Assembly: GCA_902620425.1 (NCBI GenBank)
Contig: CACNHX010000003.1
Location: 7,199 to 71,198, forward strand
Origin: an uncultured Alphaproteobacteria bacterium
Lineage (GTDB): Bacteria; Pseudomonadota; Alphaproteobacteria; HIMB59; GCA-002718135
Length of the DNA stretch: 64,000 bases
Direction of reading: 5' to 3'
Below are positions 21,421 through 31,108 of the stretch, in pieces. The position numbers were made by a program, and so were the translations under genes. A model generated the notes under the pieces. The model ran no database searches and was not told the DNA's origin. It worked only from the letters and a program-made list of their open reading frames with translations. Numbering within the stretch: position 1 is the first letter of the stretch; each line of letters starts with the position of its first letter.

Positions 21421-22259
21421 ATTGGCTAACAAATTTTGTTAAACCTAAATTATCATCACTTGTAAAAAGAAGAGATGTGCCAGAAAAATTATGGAATAAC
21501 TGTGTTTCATGTGGGAATATGATCCATCATAAAGATTTAAAAGAAAATCTATTTGTTTGTATTAATTGTAATTATCATTTTAGAATGTCTGCAGAAGACC
21601 GGATAAAATTATTTTTCTCAGATGTAGATTATAGAGAGATTATCCCAGACAAAATTTCTGATGATCCACTAAAGTTTACAGATAAAAAAAAATATAAAGA
21701 TAGGTTAAAAGAATACAGAAAAAAAACAAATAGAGATGATGCATTCATTCTGATTAAAGGAAAAATTAAAGATAAAGAAATTATCTTAGGACTCATGAAT
21801 TTTGAATTCATGGGTGGATCTATGGGCAGAGCAGTTGGGGGAGCAATAGTTAAAGGAGCTAAATTGGCAATAGAAAATAAATTACCTTATGTGATTGTTA
21901 CCTCATCTGGTGGAGCAAGAATGCAAGAAGGAATTGTAAGTTTGATGCAAATGCCTAGAACGATTGCTGCTGTTGATTTGTTAAATGAAAATAGTATTCC
22001 TTACATAGTAGTTCTTACCGAACCTACTACTGGTGGAGTGACTGCTTCATTTGCAATGTTAGGTGATATAACAATAGCTGAGCAAGGTGCTACAATAGGT
22101 TTTGCAGGTAAAAGAGTTATACAAGACACCATTCGAGAGGAGTTACCTATAGATTTTCAAAAAGCTGAATATCTAAAAGATCATGGGATGGTAGATATTG
22201 TTTCTCATAGAAAAGATCTTAAAGAAACTTTATACAAAGTATTAGATCACATAAGTTAA
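21417..22259 (+). CDS. accD: Acetyl-CoA carboxylase carboxyltransferase beta subunit
   Basis: Zn ribbon CVSC...CINC, FMGGSMG, SGGARMQEG, PTTGGVTASFA. Confidence 0.98.
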   Translation: MNWLTNFVKPKLSSLVKRRDVPEKLWNNCVSCGNMIHHKDLKENLFVCINCNYHFRMSAEDRIKLFFSDVDYREIIPDKISDDPLKFTDKKKYKDRLKEYRKKTNRDDAFILIKGKIKDKEIILGLMNFEFMGGSMGRAVGGAIVKGAKLAIENKLPYVIVTSSGGARMQEGIVSLMQMPRTIAAVDLLNENSIPYIVVLTEPTTGGVTASFAMLGDITIAEQGATIGFAGKRVIQDTIREELPIDFQKAEYLKDHGMVDIVSHRKDLKETLYKVLDHIS

Positions 22260-22262
22260 TAA

Positions 22263-23522
22263 GTGAAATCTAAAACAGAAAAGTTATTAGATGAACTTGT
22301 CAAACTTCATCCCAAATATATAGATCTTTCATTAGACAGATTAAAATTATTATTAAAAAAATTAAATAATCCTCAAGATCATCTCCCAAAAACTATTCAT
22401 ATTGCGGGAACAAATGGAAAAGGGTCTGTTCAAAGTTTTATAAGAAATATTCTATTGAAGAATGGGTATAAATGTGATGCTTATATCTCACCTCATTTAT
22501 CTAAGTTTAATGAAAGAATAATTCTGAATAATAAAGAAGTAAGTACAAAGAAACTTTATGAAACTCTAAAATTTGTAAAAAAAATAAATAATAATAAACC
22601 AATAACTTTCTTTGAAATAACAACAGCTGCAGCATTCATATTGTTTAAACAATCAAAATCTGACTTTCTTATTTTAGAGACAGGATTGGGAGGACGATTA
22701 GATGCAACTAATATAATACCAAAAAAGATATGTAGTATTTTGACTCCAATTAGTTTTGATCATGAGGAATTTCTTGGAAAAACACTTAAGAAAATTGCTA
22801 ATGAAAAATTGGGTATAGTGAAGAATTGTAAGTTTGTGTTAGTTGGTAAACAAAAAAGAGAATTAAAAGATCACATTCAAAAAAAACTAAATAAATTTGA
22901 AAATAAATATTTTTATGGAAAAGAATATCGAGTCACAAAATCATTAAAAAATAAGTTTCAGATAAAAATAGATGGAAAAAAATATTACTATAGTCAACCT
23001 TCATTGAATGGAAAACATCAGGAAGAAAATGCATCAATATCTATTTATTTTGCAAAAATTATGAAAAATATGGGTTATAAATTAAATACAAAAGATATTA
23101 ATGAAGCGATAAAAACAACTGCATGGCCAGGAAGATTGGAAGTTATTAATTATAAGCATAAAAAAATAATTCTTGATGGATCACATAATATTGATGGAGC
23201 TGATAAACTAAATGAATTTTTAAAAACTGAAAGAATAAAACCCGTAGTCTTGTTTGGAATGTTGAACAATAAGAAAGCAAATTTATTTTTGAATAAAATA
23301 AAAAAAAGAATATCAAAAGTTTTAGCTATAGAAATTCCAGATGAAAAAAATTCATTTAAAAATAAACAAATAAATGAAATATGTAATTTTTATTCTATTA
23401 AATGTGAGCAAATAAATAATATAAATGATGCTTTAAAATATTTTAGATCTCATAAACAAAAAATATATTTAATTACTGGTTCATTATATTTGATAGGAAA
23501 AATTAGAAAAAAACTATTGTAA
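22263..23522 (+). CDS. folC: Folylpolyglutamate synthase/dihydrofolate synthase
   Basis: HIAGTNGKGS, SPHL..FNERI, ETGLGGRLDATN, WPGRLE, DGSHN. Confidence 0.96.
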   Translation: MKSKTEKLLDELVKLHPKYIDLSLDRLKLLLKKLNNPQDHLPKTIHIAGTNGKGSVQSFIRNILLKNGYKCDAYISPHLSKFNERIILNNKEVSTKKLYETLKFVKKINNNKPITFFEITTAAAFILFKQSKSDFLILETGLGGRLDATNIIPKKICSILTPISFDHEEFLGKTLKKIANEKLGIVKNCKFVLVGKQKRELKDHIQKKLNKFENKYFYGKEYRVTKSLKNKFQIKIDGKKYYYSQPSLNGKHQEENASISIYFAKIMKNMGYKLNTKDINEAIKTTAWPGRLEVINYKHKKIILDGSHNIDGADKLNEFLKTERIKPVVLFGMLNNKKANLFLNKIKKRISKVLAIEIPDEKNSFKNKQINEICNFYSIKCEQINNINDALKYFRSHKQKIYLITGSLYLIGKIRKKLL

Positions 23523-23837
23523 ATTGGATTGTATCCAGGTCTCTAATGCTGTTTTAGGAAGACTGCCAACCTTAGTGTCGATTAACTCACCATTTTTAAA
23601 AATCATTATTGTTGGAATACCCCTAATACCGTATTTTTGCGGTGTCATAGGGTTCTCATCAATATTCATTTTATATATTTTAACTTTATCTTTATTCTCA
23701 ACAGCAATTTCTTCTAAAATTGGGTCAAGTACTTTACATGGACCACACCATTCTGCACCAAAATCAACTACCACTGGAACATCATTAGTAGATATATCTT
23801 TATCAAAAGTTTGATCGTTTGTTTTAAGAGTAGACAT
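23514..23837 (-). CDS. trxA: Thioredoxin
   Basis: WCGPC active site, GIRGIPT. Confidence 0.97.
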   Translation of the reverse strand: MSTLKTNDQTFDKDISTNDVPVVVDFGAEWCGPCKVLDPILEEIAVENKDKVKIYKMNIDENPMTPQKYGIRGIPTIMIFKNGELIDTKVGSLPKTALETWIQSNLQ

Positions 23838-23883
23838 AACTAATATGTAAGAAATATTTAACTATTATCAAGTTAAATTAAAT

Positions 23884-24564
23884 CTAATTTTCTAAAATTG
23901 ATTTTTTATCCCCAATATGTCTAATTTTAGATGGAATTACATAACCTTTGATTTGATTGTTTTTAATTAATTTTTTCCAAATATCATTCATTGGGAATAT
24001 TTTTTTTCTTTTATTAAAGATATTTTTAGATACGATTTGAAGGCCGGAATAATACAATTTCTCATTTTTATTATTCCAATTTGTGACTACATTTCTTTTT
24101 AAATTAAAGTCTCCATTTTCTTTTTTTAAACCTAAAAAATTAATATCTTTAGATAACAACATTTTACAGTGAGAAATATCTTGATAATTACCAAGAAAAT
24201 ATTTGATATGTGATTTATTTTTTTTAGTCCAAAAAATATCAGAATTAACAACACATATTTTTTTTCTATTTGTATAATTGAAAATATTTTTTACTCCACC
24301 CCCTGTACCAAGTATTTTTTTTTCATAGATAATCTGAATGGGATATTTTTTAAAATTTTTGTCCAAATACTTTTTAATTTTATTATGTAAATAGTGTGTA
24401 TTTATTAAGATTTCATCACATCCAATATTAATAAAGAAATCAATTGTGTTCTTTAATAATACTTTATTTTTATATTTTAACAGAGGTTTTGGGGTACTGC
24501 GTGTCAAATTAAGCATTCTTGTTCCAAAACCTGCACATAAAATCATTAACGTAAAATTCTTCAT
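23884..24564 (-). CDS. murU: Nucleotidyltransferase, MurU-like (MurNAc-alpha-1-P uridylyltransferase)
   Basis: MILCAGFGTRM...TPKPLL, INTHYL, LGTGGG; next to amgK-like kinase and tsaE. Confidence 0.7.
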   Translation of the reverse strand: MKNFTLMILCAGFGTRMLNLTRSTPKPLLKYKNKVLLKNTIDFFINIGCDEILINTHYLHNKIKKYLDKNFKKYPIQIIYEKKILGTGGGVKNIFNYTNRKKICVVNSDIFWTKKNKSHIKYFLGNYQDISHCKMLLSKDINFLGLKKENGDFNLKRNVVTNWNNKNEKLYYSGLQIVSKNIFNKRKKIFPMNDIWKKLIKNNQIKGYVIPSKIRHIGDKKSILEN

Positions 24565-24567
24565 AAA

Positions 24568-25485
24568 TTACAAATACTTTTCATACATTGATCTTAGTTC
24601 ATAATCTTTAATATTATGTAATGTCGCTATTGTTCTAGATTTAGTTATTTTTAAATAGTTTAGGTATTTATTATCATTATTTTTGGCAAGTAATTTTCTC
24701 CATCTACCAAGTAATCGAGTCTGTCGAGCTAAACTTAAAATATAATATTGCTCCAGAAAAGTATTAAAATTTTCAATAATCAAAGTGTTATCATAAAAAT
24801 ATTCAATTAATTTATCATTGTAATCTCGTGTAAAATTTATTCTTGGGTTTTCTAATAGTGATATTAGGTCCCATCCTATAAATCCTTTAAAAGCGCTTTG
24901 AAAATCAATAATTCCACATTGTAAATGTGATTCACAATTTTCTAAAAAAAATAAATTAACAAATTCAAAGTCTTTGTGAACAAAATTTTTCATATTATAA
25001 TTTTGAGAATAAAATATATTTTTCCATAATTTATAAAATTTTGAAGTTGGAAAATTTAAATTTTTGTTGTTAGGAATATAATAAGTAACAAACTCTTTAA
25101 GTTCAATTTTTAAATCTTCAAAGGTGTATTCTTTTAAATTTTTTAAATTATTTAAATTTGATTCATTTTGGATAACAATTATATTTTCTACAGCTAGTTT
25201 TAAAAGTTTATAAAGATTATCTTTATTGTATATTTTATTAAATCTATTTTTTCCAAAATCTTGCATATATATTTGATATTGCTTTTGATTAACTTCATAT
25301 ATCTTAGGAATTGATATATTAATCTTTTGTAATATTTCATAAACAATAAGGAAATTTTTAAACTCATGTTTATCTCTAGAAAAATCAATTATTATTTTGG
25401 TATTCTTTTTTTCAGTAATTCTATAAATTAATTTGTTAGATAATCCGTCCTCAATTTTTTCTAAATCATTATGATCAGAATTCAT
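24568..25485 (-). CDS. amgK: Aminoglycoside-phosphotransferase-family kinase, AmgK-like anomeric sugar kinase
   Basis: HKDF...NL and IIDFQ kinase motifs, DLISLL; tsaE-amgK-murU synteny. Confidence 0.65.
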   Translation of the reverse strand: MNSDHNDLEKIEDGLSNKLIYRITEKKNTKIIIDFSRDKHEFKNFLIVYEILQKINISIPKIYEVNQKQYQIYMQDFGKNRFNKIYNKDNLYKLLKLAVENIIVIQNESNLNNLKNLKEYTFEDLKIELKEFVTYYIPNNKNLNFPTSKFYKLWKNIFYSQNYNMKNFVHKDFEFVNLFFLENCESHLQCGIIDFQSAFKGFIGWDLISLLENPRINFTRDYNDKLIEYFYDNTLIIENFNTFLEQYYILSLARQTRLLGRWRKLLAKNNDNKYLNYLKITKSRTIATLHNIKDYELRSMYEKYL

Positions 25486-25489
25486 TAGA

Positions 25490-25936
25490 CTATTGTTTAA
25501 AACAAATATTAATTTTTCTTTTAGTTTCCGAAATCATATCTAAATTTATTAAATAATGATTTTTGTTAAGCGGTAAACTAATTAACATTTCAGGCCATTC
25601 TATAAATGTAATATTGTTATTTAAATTTTCGAAGAAATCTAATTCCTCTAACTCCTTTAGGCTCTTTACTCTATAAAGATCATAATGATAGACTTGTGAT
25701 GAATTCAATTCATAGGTTATCAAAATAGGGAATGTTGGACTAGTAATGGAAGATGGTTTTGGTAAATTATTTAATACAAAAAGATTATTAATTAATAACC
25801 TTATAAATGTTGTTTTACCAGCACCTAGCTCTCCTTGAAATAAGTAAATATCTCCAACAGATATGTCTTTACATAAATTAGTTGAGAGTTTTTCAAGTTC
25901 ACGCAGATCTAAAATTTGATTACTTAATTTTTGCAA
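25490..25936 (-). CDS. tsaE: tRNA threonylcarbamoyladenosine biosynthesis ATPase
   Basis: GELGAGKTTF, SPTF, YHYDLYR, FIEWPE. Confidence 0.96.
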   Translation of the reverse strand: MQKLSNQILDLRELEKLSTNLCKDISVGDIYLFQGELGAGKTTFIRLLINNLFVLNNLPKPSSITSPTFPILITYELNSSQVYHYDLYRVKSLKELEELDFFENLNNNITFIEWPEMLISLPLNKNHYLINLDMISETKRKINICFKQ

Positions 25937-25942
25937 ATTTTA

Positions 25943-27112
25943 TTATGCAATACCTTTTAGAGCTTCCACTAAATCAGTTTTTTCCCAAGTAAAATGTCCC
26001 TTATCACTTGGTTCTCTACCAAAATGACCATAAGCAGAAGTTGGAACATAAATTGCATTTGTAAGTTTTAAATGTTCTCTTATTCCTCTTGGGCTTAGAT
26101 CAAATAAATCTTGCACAGATTTTTCAATTTTCTGTTCATCAACTTTATTTGTTCCATTAGTATTTACATAAACCGATAAAGGTTTTGATACTCCTATTGC
26201 ATAAGATAACTGTATAGTACACTCATCAGCTAGATCCGCTGCAACAACATTTTTTGCTAAATATCTAGCTGCATATGCTGCAGATCTATCAACTTTAGAT
26301 GGGTCCTTTCCTGAAAAAGCGCCTCCACCATGGGGCGCTGCACCACCATATGTATCAACTATTATTTTACGGCCAGTTAAACCAGAATCGCCATCAGGGC
26401 CTCCAATTACAAAGTTTCCTGTGGGATTAACATAGAATTCTTCATCTTTAAGATCTTCTAATAATTCATTAGGTATACACTCATATACATAAGGTTTGAC
26501 AATTTCTTTTACGTCTTCAGGAGATAAACCTTCTTTGTGTTGTGAAGAAATTACTAAAGATGTAACTTTGCTTGGTTTTCCGTTTTCATAAAGCATTGTA
26601 ACTTGGCTTTTTGAATCAGGTTCTAGACCAGAAGCAGATCCATCTTTACGAGCTTGTGCCATTTTATATAATATTTGATGAGAATAATGTATCGGTGCTG
26701 GCATTAATGATTCAGTGTCTTTACAAGCAAAACCAAACATAATTCCTTGATCGCCTGCGCCCTCATCTTTATTGCTACCAGAATCAACACCCATAGCAAT
26801 ATCAGCTGATTGCTCATGAAGAAAACTTTCAATATCACAATTCTGCCAATGAAAACCATCTTGTTCATAACCAATATCTTTAATACAATCCCTAACTTGA
26901 GATATAATCTGATCCTTAGAAACTGATGGTCCCCTTACTTCTCCAGCTAAAACTACTTTATTAGTGGTAGTCAAAGTCTCACAAGCTACGCGTGTTTGTG
27001 GGTCACCAGATGATAAATAAGTATCAACAACCATATCTGAAATTCTATCACAAACTTTATCTGGATGGCCTTCAGAAACTGATTCACTTGTAAATAAATA
27101 AGATCTTTTCAT
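25943..27112 (-). CDS. metK: S-adenosylmethionine synthetase
   Basis: [48 protein letters not shown]. Confidence 0.99.
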   Translation of the reverse strand: MKRSYLFTSESVSEGHPDKVCDRISDMVVDTYLSSGDPQTRVACETLTTTNKVVLAGEVRGPSVSKDQIISQVRDCIKDIGYEQDGFHWQNCDIESFLHEQSADIAMGVDSGSNKDEGAGDQGIMFGFACKDTESLMPAPIHYSHQILYKMAQARKDGSASGLEPDSKSQVTMLYENGKPSKVTSLVISSQHKEGLSPEDVKEIVKPYVYECIPNELLEDLKDEEFYVNPTGNFVIGGPDGDSGLTGRKIIVDTYGGAAPHGGGAFSGKDPSKVDRSAAYAARYLAKNVVAADLADECTIQLSYAIGVSKPLSVYVNTNGTNKVDEQKIEKSVQDLFDLSPRGIREHLKLTNAIYVPTSAYGHFGREPSDKGHFTWEKTDLVEALKGIA

Positions 27113-27120
27113 ATTAACTC

Positions 27121-28422
<1,302 letters not shown>

Positions 28423-28433
28423 TTATGATTATT

Positions 28434-30143
28434 TTAACTTTTTAATGGTAATTTAATGAGAAAACAAGCACCTCTAAAGTCTAATTTGTCACTTTCTGTT
28501 AATTCAATTGAACCATTGAATGAATTGATTATCTCGTAGGATATGGATAGCCCAAGACCTGAGTGCTTGTCCCGATCATCTATTCTATCAGTGTAAAATC
28601 TATCAAAAATTTTATTTTTTTCTTTCAAATCTATACCTTTTCCTTGATCATAAATTTTGATTTCAACACAATTTTCATTTTTTTTATTTGATGTAATTAA
28701 AATATTTGAATTATTTTTGGCAATTGAAATACTATTATCTATTAAATTTAGTATTACCTGCAAAAATTTATCTTTGTTAAGAAGTACTAAATTTTTATTA
28801 TTATCAGATTGAAATAAAATTTTAATATTTTTCTGATTAGTTGACTTTTCACTAAAATTTTCTTTTAGAAATTTGTTTATATTAGTTAGTTCAAAATTTT
28901 CTATTTCAATTTCTGCAATAGTTTTTGAAAAATGAGAAATGTCGGAGATCAATCTATTCATTCTGTCGATATCTTGATTAAAATTATTCATTACTTTGGT
29001 TCTATTTTCATTAGTTATGTTTTTGCTAGTTAATAATTCAAACGAAGATTTTATTGCTGTTAGTGGGTTTTTTAGTTCATGAGCAACATCAGAGCTAAAT
29101 TTTTCTAATTGATTGATTTGTGATTTCAATTCGTTTGACATAAGTTGTATTTGGTTAGATAAAATACCAATTTCATCAGATCTTAGAGGGTATATTAATT
29201 TTTTCTTATTTGTTTTATCTCTCTCAAGGACAGTGATTTTGGTTATTTGCCTTAATGGTGATATCAAACCTCTCAAAAAAATAAATGATAATAAGATTGT
29301 AACTAAAATAAATAATAGAAAAAAATTAAAGAAATTCAAAGATTGTCTAGCTAGTTCATTATTATTTAATAATAATTTATACTTTATTAGAACAACTCCA
29401 TAGACGTTATTATCTTGGATTATAGGTGAAGTTAAAATTCTAGTTATATCATTATTTTCATCTTCAAAAGTTTTAACAAGTTTCTGCTTTTCTTTAATAG
29501 TGTCAATAATCAAAATAATTTCATGGACATTTTTATCTAAATTTTTAGTAAATTTATTTTTAAGAAAGTAATTATTAATATAATTAAAATTATTAATATA
29601 AATTTTTTCAAATAAATTTGAGAAATCAGCTATATTTTCACGCGTTTCAGATAAATCTATTTCCTCAACATCTGTGCTCAGAAATAAATTTGATGAATCT
29701 GCAATTTTAATCCAATTTTCATTATAAATAATAGTGTTAAAATCTTTATCACCAAAGTTTTGAAATATAAATTGTTCAGTTGTAAACTTTTCTAACTCAG
29801 GTTCTGACAATTCTATAGGATTAATATTATCTACCAAGTCACAACTTTCCTTGTACGCTTCAATATCTTGAAGATATCTACAACGATAATCATACTGAAA
29901 AATTGGTACTCTTAATATTGAAGTGTTTTCTAAATATTTTGTTATATTTGATAAATTTAATCTTATTGATTGATCCCTATTATATATAAATTTATTATTT
30001 TGAATTAAGTTGAAATTGAAATAAGATAAAAATACTAAACCTAAAAATACAATTATTAAGTTAATTATAATGAGTTGAAATGTTAGATTATAACTTGATA
30101 AGGTAAATAATCTCTTAATCACGCCAAGAATATCCAGAGCCAT
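28434..30143 (-). CDS. chvG: Sensor histidine kinase ChvG/ExoS
   Basis: Two TM helices, HAMP (RSDEIGILS), H-box VAHELKNPL, HATPase (NLIDNS, DQGKG, FDRFYT, GLGLSI); follows chvI. Confidence 0.85.
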   Translation of the reverse strand: MALDILGVIKRLFTLSSYNLTFQLIIINLIIVFLGLVFLSYFNFNLIQNNKFIYNRDQSIRLNLSNITKYLENTSILRVPIFQYDYRCRYLQDIEAYKESCDLVDNINPIELSEPELEKFTTEQFIFQNFGDKDFNTIIYNENWIKIADSSNLFLSTDVEEIDLSETRENIADFSNLFEKIYINNFNYINNYFLKNKFTKNLDKNVHEIILIIDTIKEKQKLVKTFEDENNDITRILTSPIIQDNNVYGVVLIKYKLLLNNNELARQSLNFFNFFLLFILVTILLSFIFLRGLISPLRQITKITVLERDKTNKKKLIYPLRSDEIGILSNQIQLMSNELKSQINQLEKFSSDVAHELKNPLTAIKSSFELLTSKNITNENRTKVMNNFNQDIDRMNRLISDISHFSKTIAEIEIENFELTNINKFLKENFSEKSTNQKNIKILFQSDNNKNLVLLNKDKFLQVILNLIDNSISIAKNNSNILITSNKKNENCVEIKIYDQGKGIDLKEKNKIFDRFYTDRIDDRDKHSGLGLSISYEIINSFNGSIELTESDKLDFRGACFLIKLPLKS

Positions 30144-30828
30144 ATCTTGTTCTTATTTGATCAAAAGAATTATCATAAGATCTGAATTTTTTTCTTAATC
30201 TCTTGATATGGCTATCAATAGTCCTGTCATCAACATATATTGAATCACCATACATTGCGTCCATTAATTGATTTCTATCTTTTACTACACCAGGATACTG
30301 AGCAAGAGATTTTATTAAATTAAACTCTGCAACCGTAAGTTCAATTTCTATATCTTTCCAAAAACATAATTGTTTATCTTCATCTAGTATCAAATCACCC
30401 TTAATAAAATTTTGTTTTTTAATATTATTATCTTTTTGTTCTTCGTTTCTATTGTTATGAATTCTTAACACTGTTCTTATGCGCTCATTTAATAATTTTT
30501 GTGAAAAAGGTTTTTTTATATAATCTGAAGCTCCCATTCTTAATCCAATTATCTCATCTTGTTCATGATCTTTTGAAGTTAAAAAGATAATAGGAAGTTC
30601 TTTAAGATTTTCAATCTTGCTCGAACGTACTTTTGAAAGAAGTTCATTTCCATCCATTTTTGGCATCTTAATATCAAACAGTCCCAAATCGTATGATTTG
30701 CTTTCAAGAGCCTCTAGGGCTTCAACTCCATTAAGAAATGTATCAACTGTAAATCCCTCACTTTGCAGAGAAAGAGATACTGATGTGAGAATCGACTGCT
30801 CGTCGTCAACTAATGCTATCTTTGGCAT
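30115..30828 (-). CDS. chvI: OmpR-family response regulator ChvI
   Basis: IALVDDE, LFDIKMPKMDG, FLTSKD, DYIKKPFS, VKDRNQLMD, YVDDRTIDSHIKRLRKKF, YGSGY. Confidence 0.93.
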   Translation of the reverse strand: MPKIALVDDEQSILTSVSLSLQSEGFTVDTFLNGVEALEALESKSYDLGLFDIKMPKMDGNELLSKVRSSKIENLKELPIIFLTSKDHEQDEIIGLRMGASDYIKKPFSQKLLNERIRTVLRIHNNRNEEQKDNNIKKQNFIKGDLILDEDKQLCFWKDIEIELTVAEFNLIKSLAQYPGVVKDRNQLMDAMYGDSIYVDDRTIDSHIKRLRKKFRSYDNSFDQIRTRYGSGYSWRD

Positions 30829-30970
30829 ACTGCTTTTTATTAATAATTTATGGCAGATTTAAGTTCAAAGAAAAAATGACTCAGTTAACAAAATGTGACT
30901 TAGGTTGATAAGTAAATGTAAATATTTCAATAACTTGTTTGCCTCATAAAAATATGAATTAAGTAAGGGA

Positions 30971-30998
30971 TTGACATGATAAAAAAAATATTTATGTT
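30971..30998 (+). promoter_or_regulatory. Sigma70-type promoter of nrdAB-grx (TTGACA-N16-TATGTT)
   Basis: Consensus -35 TTGACA at 30971-30976; -10-like TATGTT at 30993-30998. Confidence 0.55.
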
Positions 30999-31010
30999 CT
31001 TATTTTGTTC
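30996..31010 (+). promoter_or_regulatory. Alphaproteobacterial LexA (SOS) box GTTC-N7-GTTC
   Basis: GTTC TTATTTT GTTC, an exact match to the known alpha LexA direct repeat, overlapping the -10 element. Confidence 0.7.
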
Positions 31011-31022
31011 TTATTGCGATAT

Positions 31023-31038
31023 TGAGCAAATGTTGTAT
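31023..31038 (+). promoter_or_regulatory. NrdR box 1 (degenerate)
   Basis: TGAGCAAATGTTGTAT, 9/16 identical to box 2 and exactly 31 bp upstream, the usual tandem spacing. Confidence 0.5.
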
Positions 31039-31053
31039 TGTCCCTTTTCGGCG

Positions 31054-31069
31054 GCACTACATATTGTGT
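31054..31069 (+). promoter_or_regulatory. NrdR box 2
   Basis: GCACTACATATTGTGT fits acaCwAtATaTwGtgt; 39 bp before the nrdA ATG. Confidence 0.8.
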
Positions 31070-31108
31070 TTTTCGACAATAATTTTTTAAAAAATGGATA
31101 GAATTTAA

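Noticed and set aside
30829-30970. Possible small RNA, riboswitch or DnaA boxes upstream of chvI/nrdA
   Set aside because: No stable hairpin or aptamer signature; the best DnaA-box match (GGTTGATAA) has two mismatches, expected by chance.
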